Assembly: GCA_035063585.1 (NCBI GenBank)
Contig: JAPSGB010000007.1
Span: 32,001 to 96,000, forward strand
Length of the DNA stretch: 64,000 bases
Source: Polyangiaceae bacterium
Lineage (GTDB): Bacteria > Myxococcota_A > Polyangia > Polyangiales > Polyangiaceae
Direction of reading: 5' to 3'
Shown here: one piece after another, positions 1-7,745 of the stretch
Position numbering within the stretch: position 1 is the stretch's first letter
How the letters are laid out: each line of letters starts with the position of its first letter
Position numbers and translations under genes: made by a program
The notes under the pieces: model-generated
Seen by the model: only the letters and a program-made list of their open reading frames with translations
What the model was told of the DNA's origin: nothing
Database searches by the model: none

Positions 1-717
1 CGGCCGCTCGTGCTCGGGCACCGGGGCGCACGGCATGCCGCACCGGAGAACACCCTCGGGGCGTTCGAGCTCGCCGCCCGTGAGGGTGCAGACGGCGTGG
101 AGCTCGACGTGCGCCTCGATGGGGACGGACGCGTCATCGTGCTGCACGATCGCACGCTCGAACGGGTGAGCGTGACGCGCGACCCGCGCGACGTGGAGCT
201 CCTCGGTGCGCGCGAGCTCGGAGCGCTCGAGCTGGGCGGCGGCGAGCGCGTCCCGCTCCTCGCCGAGGTGCTCGACTGGGCCGCGCTTCGAGAGCGCCGG
301 CTCAACATCGAGCTCAAGCACGACGTGTCCGATCGCGCTGCGCTCGTGCGGGGCGTCGTTTGGCAGCTCGCGAGGCGCCGCGACGCCGCCGAACGGGTGC
401 TGCTCTCCTCGTTTCACGCGGGCATCGTCTGGCAGCTCTCGCGCGCGCTCCCCACGCTGCCGGTTGCGTGGCTCGTGCATCAGGGGCAGCGGCTCGCCCG
501 GCACGCCCGCTTCTCTTCGCTCCTCGGGGCGAGCGGCGTAAACCTCGAGCACGTGCTCATCACCGGTCGGCTGGTGCGACGCCTACGCGCGCAGGGCGTC
601 CTGGTCGGCACCTGGACGATCAATGACGGCGTGGAAGCTCGGCGCGTCGCGCGGCTCGGCGTGGACGCGATCATCACGGATCGTCCGGGCGCGATGCTGA
701 CAGCGCTCGCCCGGTGA
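1..717 (+). CDS. Glycerophosphodiester phosphodiesterase (GDPD family), probably 5'-truncated by the window edge
   Basis: GHRG..PENT, DGVELDV, HD, NIELK, WT-I/V-N and GVDAIITD motifs; frame is open from base 1 (RPLVLGHRG). Confidence 0.92.
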   Translation, partial: RPLVLGHRGARHAAPENTLGAFELAAREGADGVELDVRLDGDGRVIVLHDRTLERVSVTRDPRDVELLGARELGALELGGGERVPLLAEVLDWAALRERRLNIELKHDVSDRAALVRGVVWQLARRRDAAERVLLSSFHAGIVWQLSRALPTLPVAWLVHQGQRLARHARFSSLLGASGVNLEHVLITGRLVRRLRAQGVLVGTWTINDGVEARRVARLGVDAIITDRPGAMLTALAR

Positions 718-745
718 GGCGCTCCGCGACGGGAGGCACGCCCGG

Positions 746-1828
746 CTACGGCGAGACTCGTCGGCCGCGGCGCGTGTCCGGTCCGGTCGTGCTCGGCGCC
801 GGGCGCGCGCTCCTGCGCGTGTCGGCGATGGCGCTCAGGATCTCCTGGAGCACGGTCACCCCGACCATGGCCGTCATGCTCGAGTGATCGTAAGGCGGCG
901 CGATCTCCACCACGTCGAAGCCGACGATGTCCGCTCCCACCAAGGCTCGGAGGAGCTGTTGGAGCTCCCAGGTAGTCATACCCCCCGGTGACGGGAGCCC
1001 GGTGCCTGGCGCGTAGGCGGGATCGAGCGCGGACACGTCGACGCTGACGTAGATCGGCTGGTCTCGCACGACCTTGCGGAGTTGGCTCACCGCGGCGTGC
1101 AGATCCCATTTCACCTCGTCGATACCGACGATCTCGAAGCCGCTGCCGAGCGTAAAATCGAGGTCTGCAGCAGACGAGTATGGCCCGCGGACCCCGATCT
1201 GAATCGACGCGTCCTTGCGGACCAAGCCCTCGTCCACGATGGCGCGCACCACGCTCCCGTGGTGAATGTCTCGACCCCAGGCGGGGCCAGCCGTGTTGCT
1301 GTGGGAGTCGATATGGACGAATCCCAGGCTCTTCAGCTTGGCGCGGTGGATGCCCCGGAGCGCCCCGAGGGTGACGGTCTGATCGCCCCCGACGTATCCG
1401 CCGATCACTCCCGAGCGCGCGATGGCCTCGGCGCGCGCGCTGAGCGCGTCGAGGGCTTGGTCGATGTCGTGCGGAGAGGTGACGATGTCGCTGCCGTCCG
1501 CCACCCGCAGTTCGTCGAAGATGTCGACCCCGAGCGCCGCCGAGAAGCGGCGCGCCAGCGCAGAGGCGTCGCGCACCGCGCGCGGGCCGAACCGCGCGCC
1601 CGGCCGGTAGCTGGTCCCGCCGTCGAACGGAACGCCGCTGAGGAGCACGTCCACCGGCGGCACGCGGCTCGGGTCGTCGTAGACCGGCAACCGGAGGAAC
1701 CCCTGGACGCCGGCGAACCTCGGCATCGTGCTCGACGGCGCGGGGTTCGGCGCCGGCAGCGCCGGCCGGCGCTCCGACGGACGAGTCTTTGGGGCCTGCT
1801 TCGCTCGCGGTCCGCGCGCCTGCTTCAT
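746..1828 (-). CDS. Agmatinase/ureohydrolase-family protein with a degenerate binuclear metal site
   Basis: GVPFDGGTSYRPGARFGP, QIGVRG, LDPAYAPGTG and DVVEIAPPYD motifs, but GGDQ, DSHSN and DVS replace GGDH, DxHxD and DxD; RBS GAGGAGG. Confidence 0.88.
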   Translation of the reverse strand: MKQARGPRAKQAPKTRPSERRPALPAPNPAPSSTMPRFAGVQGFLRLPVYDDPSRVPPVDVLLSGVPFDGGTSYRPGARFGPRAVRDASALARRFSAALGVDIFDELRVADGSDIVTSPHDIDQALDALSARAEAIARSGVIGGYVGGDQTVTLGALRGIHRAKLKSLGFVHIDSHSNTAGPAWGRDIHHGSVVRAIVDEGLVRKDASIQIGVRGPYSSAADLDFTLGSGFEIVGIDEVKWDLHAAVSQLRKVVRDQPIYVSVDVSALDPAYAPGTGLPSPGGMTTWELQQLLRALVGADIVGFDVVEIAPPYDHSSMTAMVGVTVLQEILSAIADTRRSARPAPSTTGPDTRRGRRVSP

Positions 1829-1846
1829 CGAACACCTCCTCGCGGT

Positions 1847-2722
1847 TCAGTCGGTGCACCGGGCCTCGGCGACGCTCACGCCGGGCGGGGGGCTCTGGCG
1901 AAATGCGCCTTCGATGAGGGGTGGATTGTGCGCCACCTCCTCGTCGATCAAGATGAGATCCTGCTCGGTGCCGGGGACCTCCAAGCGGATGCGACGAGGG
2001 ATCTCGGCCGTACACGCCGGGCCGCTCGGCGGGACGTCCGGGTCGAGCCCGTCGGGGTCGACCAGTGGCCCGGCGGTACGCGCCGGCGCGTGACCATCGA
2101 GGACCGCCCGGTAGAGCTCGGTGCCCTTCTGACTCACCGCCACCTCGCGCACCCGCACGCGCTGCTCTTGCCAGGGGCGGTCCCAGTCCGCGACGAGCGG
2201 CTCGAGGTGGAGCTCCTCGTGCGCGTCCCGCGTGCTGTCGAGGTGGATCACGTACTTCCCGCAGCTCCACTCGATGCTCGACTGCTCCCGCGAGTGTACG
2301 AGCACCGGCGCCTCTCCGCGCAGGAGCTGCGCCAGGGCAAACGGAGGGACCGGCACCTGGGTGAAGCGCGCCACGTTGCAGGTGCTCGCCGGCCCATGGA
2401 GAAACTGCTTGTTCCGAAGATCATAGAGCGCAAAGTCGCGACCATCGGAGGTGAGCGTGGAGATGATGGCGCCGAACGGGCTGAACACGTCGAAGCGGAG
2501 CTGGTCCGGCAGCGCCGCCAGGTAAAGGACGTTTCCGCGGACCCGCCCCTCCTTGCCGAAGTAGTCGAGCTTCGCCTCTCCTTGCACGCCGCGACTGCAC
2601 GCGTAGCTGGCCCGCATGCGGTCGAGCGCGTCGTCCGCGCTCGGAAACTGCGAGGGCGGCGCGGCGCGACAGCACCCGGTCAACACGACCGCGAGCGCAA
2701 CCGAAGCCCGCCGCCCAGACAT
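1847..2722 (-). CDS. Lipoprotein, LolB-like/DUF4292-like
   Basis: ATG at 2722 overlaps the upstream TGA (TGATG); lipobox VLTGC; PDQLRFDVFSPFG..TLTSDG..FALYD segment resembles LolB-like/DUF4292 proteins. Confidence 0.6.
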   Translation of the reverse strand: MSGRRASVALAVVLTGCCRAAPPSQFPSADDALDRMRASYACSRGVQGEAKLDYFGKEGRVRGNVLYLAALPDQLRFDVFSPFGAIISTLTSDGRDFALYDLRNKQFLHGPASTCNVARFTQVPVPPFALAQLLRGEAPVLVHSREQSSIEWSCGKYVIHLDSTRDAHEELHLEPLVADWDRPWQEQRVRVREVAVSQKGTELYRAVLDGHAPARTAGPLVDPDGLDPDVPPSGPACTAEIPRRIRLEVPGTEQDLILIDEEVAHNPPLIEGAFRQSPPPGVSVAEARCTD

Positions 2723-4353
2723 CAGCCGCCGCGCAGAGTCTCGAGGAGCTCGAGATCGGGTAGAGCGAGCGATACACGCGTCGAGGTGACGGCGACGCCG
2801 TGCTCCTCGCACAGCCGAGCCAGCGCGATGCCGTCGATGAGCGTGCAGGGCGCCGCCCCCGGCGCGGCGGCTTCCTCGCGCGCGCCGCTCAAGACCTGGC
2901 CCGTGGTGACGAGCCACGCCGCCTGCGCCGGACCGTAGTGGTGGAGCGCACCACGGACCTCGGTGACCCGCTCACGACCGAGTTCCCGGCCGTCGCGGCG
3001 CACCACGACGGCAACCCGAAGCTCACCGAGCGGTCCGGTGGTGCGCCCCGACAAGTGAAGCTCGCTCGAGGCGCTGCCCGGACGGCGGACCACCTCCAGG
3101 CTCGTCACCCCGAGGCGCTCGAGCAGGAGCATCACGAGCTCGCCGAGCCCACGCGGCGGCAGCTCCTGCAGGCGCCGCAAGAGCAGGCGCCGCGACGCCT
3201 CCCGATAGCGGTCGACCAGCGCGCCGAGGTCACGTTCGAGCCGCGACAGCTCGCCGTCGAGCAGCCAGTCGGTGAGCGCGACGCGGCTTCCCTGGACGCG
3301 GAAGCGCTGCCGCTGGCCGGCGTCCGCACGGCGCAGGTTGTCGGCGCGCACCGCGGCAGCGAGCGCACCGGCGAGCTGACCGGCCTCGCCGGACGACGGA
3401 TGCCGCCGCTGCGCGAGCTCCGCCAGCTTGTGGAAGCCGACCGGCCCGCCGCTCCGATCGAGCGACGAGAGCAGCTCAGCAGCGAGATCGGCGGCGTCCC
3501 GACCCGCGAGCTCATCGACCGAACCGCTCCGCCCGCCACGACGCCCTTCGCGCTCGCGGCTGTCGCGCTCGCGGCTGTCGCGCTCGCGGCCGTCACGCTC
3601 GCGGCCGTCGCGCTCGCGGCTGTCACGCTCGCGGCCGTCGCGCTCGCGGCTGTCGCGCTCGCGGCTGTCGCGCTCGCGGCCGCCGCGCTCGCGGCCACTG
3701 CGCTCGGGCGCAGGCTCGCCGGCGTCGACCACGAGGTCCGTGGGAACATCCGACACCGTGTAGGCCGGCAGCTCGCCTCCGCCGCGCTCATCCTCGGGTC
3801 GACGGTGTCGCGGTCGGCGACGGCGACGCCGCCCCCCTTCCGCGCCCGTCTCGTCGTCCCCGGTCGCCGCGTCCCCAGCCTCCTCAGCGAAGATGGGCAG
3901 GTCGTCGTCCTCCTCGGGCGCGAAGATCTCGCTGGCCTTGGCGGCCATCTTCGCGCGCGTGAGCTCCTCTTCGTCGGGCGGGGGCGCCTCCTCGTCGAGC
4001 GCATCGTTCGGTCGTGACGCCTCCGGCGGAGCGGGCGGCGCGGCGACGTCCACCGCGGCCGCCGCGTGGGCGGCGATCCGGTCGAGCGCCGGCGTCCGAT
4101 CCGCGAGCCCTCGATCGATGGTCCGCTGGTCCCACTCGCGGAGAGCAAACACGCCCGGCTTGATGCGCACGAGCGGGTTCTCCTTGTCGTTCTTCTTGAC
4201 GAGCGCGGCAAGCCGAGCGCCCATGGTCACTTCAGGGCTCTTACCGACATGGCTGAGCAGGTTCTGCTCGATGGCGACGTCGGTGATCTCCTTGTAGTGG
4301 AGCGGCTTCCCGACGAGACGCAGCACTTGCGCCGCTGCTTCCGTAAACGTCAT
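2722..4353 (-). CDS. HARE-HTH domain(s) + charged disordered linker + degenerate Mrr-like restriction-endonuclease-fold domain
   Basis: N-terminal MTFTEAAAQVL..KPLHYKEIT..A...FALREW; C-terminal Mrr_cat-like LVMLLLERLG...VTEVRGAL...WLVTTG...LIDGIALARLC. Confidence 0.75.
   Translation of the reverse strand: MTFTEAAAQVLRLVGKPLHYKEITDVAIEQNLLSHVGKSPEVTMGARLAALVKKNDKENPLVRIKPGVFALREWDQRTIDRGLADRTPALDRIAAHAAAAVDVAAPPAPPEASRPNDALDEEAPPPDEEELTRAKMAAKASEIFAPEEDDDLPIFAEEAGDAATGDDETGAEGGRRRRRRPRHRRPEDERGGGELPAYTVSDVPTDLVVDAGEPAPERSGRERGGRERDSRERDSRERDGRERDSRERDGRERDGRERDSRERDSREREGRRGGRSGSVDELAGRDAADLAAELLSSLDRSGGPVGFHKLAELAQRRHPSSGEAGQLAGALAAAVRADNLRRADAGQRQRFRVQGSRVALTDWLLDGELSRLERDLGALVDRYREASRRLLLRRLQELPPRGLGELVMLLLERLGVTSLEVVRRPGSASSELHLSGRTTGPLGELRVAVVVRRDGRELGRERVTEVRGALHHYGPAQAAWLVTTGQVLSGAREEAAAPGAAPCTLIDGIALARLCEEHGVAVTSTRVSLALPDLELLETLRGG
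3549..3706. repeat. Coding 15-bp tandem repeat (unit cgctcgcggc[t/c]gtc[g/a]) encoding about 11 RER(D/G/S/E)(S/G) pentapeptides
   Basis: Visible tandem array; protein ERSGRERGGRERDSRERDSRERDGRERDSRERDGRERDGRERDSRERDSREREGRR. Confidence 0.9.
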
Positions 4354-4373
4354 TCCGGGTCTTCTCTTCCGTT

Positions 4374-4456
4374 GTGGGAGCGCGAGGCTCCCGCTCTTGA
4401 CGGGCTACCCTGCCGGGGAAGCGCACATCGCTCCCTCGCCGGGCAGGAGCCCCGTC
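4374..4456 (-). promoter_or_regulatory. Structured 5' leader (one long bulged hairpin plus one short hairpin) upstream of the HARE-HTH operon
   Basis: Nested complementary arms at 4399-4456 (GACGGGGCU/AGCCCGUC, CCUGCC/GGCAGG, GGGAGCG/CGCUUCC) and GGGAGC/GCUCCC at 4374-4394. Confidence 0.4.
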
Positions 4457-4521
4457 TGCCGCGGCGGCATAGCACGGGGTCCGGTCGACGAAAACCCGAG
4501 GAACGCTCGGCGGGCCGCCAT

Positions 4522-5082
4522 TCATTCGGCGGGGCCGGTGATGGCTCGGGCCGCCTCCCGATACGCCTCCAGCGTCGGCTCATCGAAGAGCGCGAAGCGC
4601 ACGAGCCGGGGGCAGTCCCCGGTCAGCGCCTCGCCGAGCGCGCGCAAGGCGACCGGCGCGGCCTCGAGCGCCGGGTAGCCGAAGACGCCCGTGCTGATCG
4701 ACGGGAAGGTCACCGACTCGACGCCGTGCTCGCGACAGAGCGTCACCGCGGCCGTGTAGCAGCTCGCGAGCAGCGCCGGAGCCGCGTCCCCCTCGCGGTC
4801 GTAGATCGGTCCGACGCAGTGGATGACGTAACGCGCGCGGAGCCCGAACCCGGGGGTCATCACGGCGCGCCCGGTCGCCAGCACCCCGCCCGGGAGCTCC
4901 CGCTTCAGCCGCAAGAGTGCCTGCTGGAGCTCGGGGCCCGCGGCGCGGTGGATCGCCCCGTCCACGCCCCCTCCGCCGACCAGCATCGAGTTGGCCGCGT
5001 TGGCGACGGCGGTGGTGTCGGAGCGGGTGATGTCACCCTGCACCAGCTCGAGCATGGCGCTGCCGAGCGCGAAGCGGTCCAT
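4522..5082 (-). CDS. Macro-domain O-acetyl-ADP-ribose deacetylase (YmdB-like)
   Basis: GDIT, ANAAN..GGGGVDGAIHRAAG, VIHCVGP and FPSISTGVFGYP motifs. Confidence 0.93.
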   Translation of the reverse strand: MDRFALGSAMLELVQGDITRSDTTAVANAANSMLVGGGGVDGAIHRAAGPELQQALLRLKRELPGGVLATGRAVMTPGFGLRARYVIHCVGPIYDREGDAAPALLASCYTAAVTLCREHGVESVTFPSISTGVFGYPALEAAPVALRALGEALTGDCPRLVRFALFDEPTLEAYREAARAITGPAE

Positions 5083-5151
5083 GCCCGCTAGCTAGCGTCG
5101 GGCGGCGCTGGGGTAAAGCCGCATGCCCAAAGGCGAGCTATTCTCACTCGG

Positions 5152-5529
5152 GTGGACCCCCGGCAGCTCCTCGGCGAGCTCCGCGCCGCAGCCCTGGCGC
5201 TCGGGGTCGAGGTGCGCGCCGCCCCGTTCACCGCGCGGGGCTCGAGCGCGGGGGGCCTCTGTCGTGTGCGCGGCCGCTCGGTCATCGTGCTCGACGCGAG
5301 CGCCAGCTCCATCGAGCAGGCCGCCGCGCTCGCCGAGGCGCTGGCGAGCTACGACCTCGCCCCGGCGCGTCTGGCTCGGGAGGCGCTGGATTTTGTCGAG
5401 ACGGCGCGGAACCGCGCCGCGCATCACCGGGCGTCGCCGTCGACCACCGGCGGGCCGCCTCGGGTCGCCACCTTGCCGCTCCCCAAGCCCGGCTTGCGCT
5501 CGACGCGCTCGCGCCGGAGCGATAAGTAG
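5152..5529 (+). CDS. Hypothetical protein, ImmA-like N-terminal pattern without HExxH
   Basis: LGVEVR...GGLCRVRGRSVIVLD; stop 3 nt before murB. Confidence 0.6.
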   Translation: MDPRQLLGELRAAALALGVEVRAAPFTARGSSAGGLCRVRGRSVIVLDASASSIEQAAALAEALASYDLAPARLAREALDFVETARNRAAHHRASPSTTGGPPRVATLPLPKPGLRSTRSRRSDK

Positions 5530-5532
5530 CCG

Positions 5533-6615
5533 GTGGTGGAGCTACTCGAGGAGATCCCGCTCGCGCCGCTCACCACCCTCGGCGTAGGAGGCGCCGCTCG
5601 CTTCTTGGTGGAATCGCGGAGCGACGCCGAGCTCACCCGGGCGCTCGAGTGGGCGGCGCAGCATCGGGTCGGCGTCCGCGTGCTCGGCGGCGGGAGCAAC
5701 GTGGTCGTGAGCGACAGCGGCTACCCGGGGCTCGTGCTCCGGCTGGCGTCGCGCGGCGTCGAGCTCACCGACCGAGGCGACCACGTCGAGCTCACGGCCG
5801 CGGCCGGCGAGCCCTGGGACGCTCTGGTCCAGCTCGCGTGCGACCGCGGCTTGACCGGACTCGAGTGCCTGAGCGGGATCCCGGGCCAGGCGGGCGCTAC
5901 CCCGGTGCAGAACGTCGGCGCCTATGGGGTGGACGTCGCCCGCCGGATCGTGGCGGTGCGCGCGGTCGAGCGCACGACCCTCGAGCCGGTGGAGCTCGGC
6001 GCGACCGACTGCGGGTTCCGTTATCGCGACAGCCGCTTCAAGAGCGGCGAACCCGAGCGTTTTGTCATCACCGGCGTGACCTATCGGCTCGACAAGGGCG
6101 ACGCCCCGGCGCCCGCGTACGCCGAGCTCGCGCGGCACCTCGGCGCGCGCGGGCTCGCGCGACCCACGGCCAGCGAGATCCGTGAGAGCGTGCTCGCGGT
6201 TCGGCGCTCGAAGAGCATGGTGCTCGAGGCCACCGACGAGAACCGCCGGAGCTGCGGCTCGTTCTTCCTGAACCCGGTAGTAGACGCAGAGCTCGCGGAC
6301 GAGATCGCGCGGCGCGCGGGCAATGAGCCCATGCCGCGCTACCCGGAGCGCGACGGGAGGGTGAAGCTCGCCGCCGCCTGGCTCATCGAGCGGGCGGGCC
6401 TGAGCAAAGGAGAGCGCCTCGGCCCGGTCGGGCTCTCGACGCGCCACTCGCTCGCCCTGGTGGCGCACGACGGCGCTCGCGCGAGCGACGTGGTGGCTTT
6501 CGCGCGGCGCGTGCGCGCCCGGGTGGCCGAGCGCTTCGGCGTTCGGCTGATCCCCGAGCCCGCGTTCTGGGGGTTCGCGTCGCTGGACGACGGGCTCCCG
6601 GATGAGCGCACCTGA
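5533..6615 (+). CDS. murB: UDP-N-acetylenolpyruvoylglucosamine reductase
   Basis: TTLGVGG, LGGGSN, GLECLSGIPG..GATPVQNVGAYG, FRYRDS.FK, GSFFLNP, AWLIERAG. Confidence 0.96.
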   Translation: MVELLEEIPLAPLTTLGVGGAARFLVESRSDAELTRALEWAAQHRVGVRVLGGGSNVVVSDSGYPGLVLRLASRGVELTDRGDHVELTAAAGEPWDALVQLACDRGLTGLECLSGIPGQAGATPVQNVGAYGVDVARRIVAVRAVERTTLEPVELGATDCGFRYRDSRFKSGEPERFVITGVTYRLDKGDAPAPAYAELARHLGARGLARPTASEIRESVLAVRRSKSMVLEATDENRRSCGSFFLNPVVDAELADEIARRAGNEPMPRYPERDGRVKLAAAWLIERAGLSKGERLGPVGLSTRHSLALVAHDGARASDVVAFARRVRARVAERFGVRLIPEPAFWGFASLDDGLPDERT

Positions 6616-6621
6616 GAGCGG

Positions 6622-7590
6622 TCAGTCCGCGCTGCCGCCCTGACCCGCCCCGGAGGAGGAACTCCCGCCGCAGAGCTCCCGCGACGCGATGCCGCTGCCG
6701 CTGCCGCACTTACCCTCGTCGCAGCGGTCCCCTTCGCACGCTTCGTCAGAGGAGCACGCCGCGCCGTTCGGCCGCTTCGCCTGGCACTTGCCGGCGTCGT
6801 CGCAGTAAGCGGTGCGCTCGCAAGCCATACCTCCATCGCAGGATGCGCCCACCGCGGCGCGCGCGACGCAGGTCCCCTGCGCGCACCAAGCGCCGTCCAC
6901 GCAGCTCTCTTGGGTAGTGTCGCAGCTCTCCCCGGCCGCGCGCAGCGGCGCGCACTTCCCTTCGGAGTCGCAGTAGAGGCCGTCGTTCGTGTAGCAGCTC
7001 GTGTCGGGCGTGGCTCCAGCGCCGCTTCCGCCGATCGGCCCACCGCTCATGCAGGAGGTCGATGCAGCCATCTCGGTGCAGGTCGCGTTGCAGGCGGCTC
7101 CCCGGGTTCCCCGCGGAGAGACGACGCACGCCCGCTGGCCGGAGCCATCATCGGAGCAATAGGCTGAGCCGCCCGCGGGGGACGCGCACTCCGAGCTGCT
7201 CGCGCACGCGGCTCCGGCGCCCTTGGTCCCGGTGAAGACCCGCTCGCAGTCTGCGGCCACCATATTCAGATCGTCGCAGCTCGCCACCGCCGCGGAGATC
7301 GCCTGGAGACACCGTCCAGCCGCCGCGGCGTCGTACTGCACCGCAGCGTTCTCGACCATGCTGCGAGCGCCCTCACCGGCCACCGCCGCGCAAGCCTCAC
7401 GATCGAAGGGGTAGCTCTGCTCGCGGCAACAGGGCTCGAGCCTTCCGCAGACGGCGTCCGTGAATTTCCCGGCGAACGCGTCGCGCGCCACCGGCGCGCT
7501 CCCCGAGTCCGTCGAGCCACCGCACGCGACGCCCGCGAGCCACGCCGACGCCACCATCACCCCGATCGCAACGACTCGATTCAAGCTCAT
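6622..7590 (-). CDS. Cysteine-rich myxobacterial lipoprotein
   Basis: Signal peptide ending AGVAC; 31 Cys (lipobox + 30); repeated G-x-x-C-x5/6-C-x5-C-x4/5-C modules. Confidence 0.8.
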   Translation of the reverse strand: MSLNRVVAIGVMVASAWLAGVACGGSTDSGSAPVARDAFAGKFTDAVCGRLEPCCREQSYPFDREACAAVAGEGARSMVENAAVQYDAAAAGRCLQAISAAVASCDDLNMVAADCERVFTGTKGAGAACASSSECASPAGGSAYCSDDGSGQRACVVSPRGTRGAACNATCTEMAASTSCMSGGPIGGSGAGATPDTSCYTNDGLYCDSEGKCAPLRAAGESCDTTQESCVDGAWCAQGTCVARAAVGASCDGGMACERTAYCDDAGKCQAKRPNGAACSSDEACEGDRCDEGKCGSGSGIASRELCGGSSSSGAGQGGSAD

Positions 7591-7699
7591 CTCGAACGAC
7601 CCTCACGCTAGAGAAGTGCGCTAAGAGTGACGCCGAGTATCCCGGTGTCAAGCTCGGCCGCGAGAGCGGCGCCCGCGACGCGAGCCTCGAGGGTCGGCT

Positions 7700-7739
7700 C
7701 TCGAGCACCCACCGCCGGCCGAAACCGGGGTGCTCGAGC
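7700..7739 (-). terminator. GC-rich hairpin just downstream of alaS (putative terminator)
   Basis: ctcgagcaccc...gggtgctcgag inverted repeat; no clear U-tract. Confidence 0.45.
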
Positions 7740-7745
7740 GGAAGG

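Noticed and set aside
3549..3706. Repeat array as a possible CRISPR
   Set aside because: Contiguous 15-bp units without spacers, in frame within a CDS, and no cas genes.
2722..5082. Mrr + macrodomain as an anti-phage defence island
   Set aside because: Mrr catalytic residues look absent, the macrodomain is an ordinary YmdB type, and there are no mobility genes or visible compositional shift.
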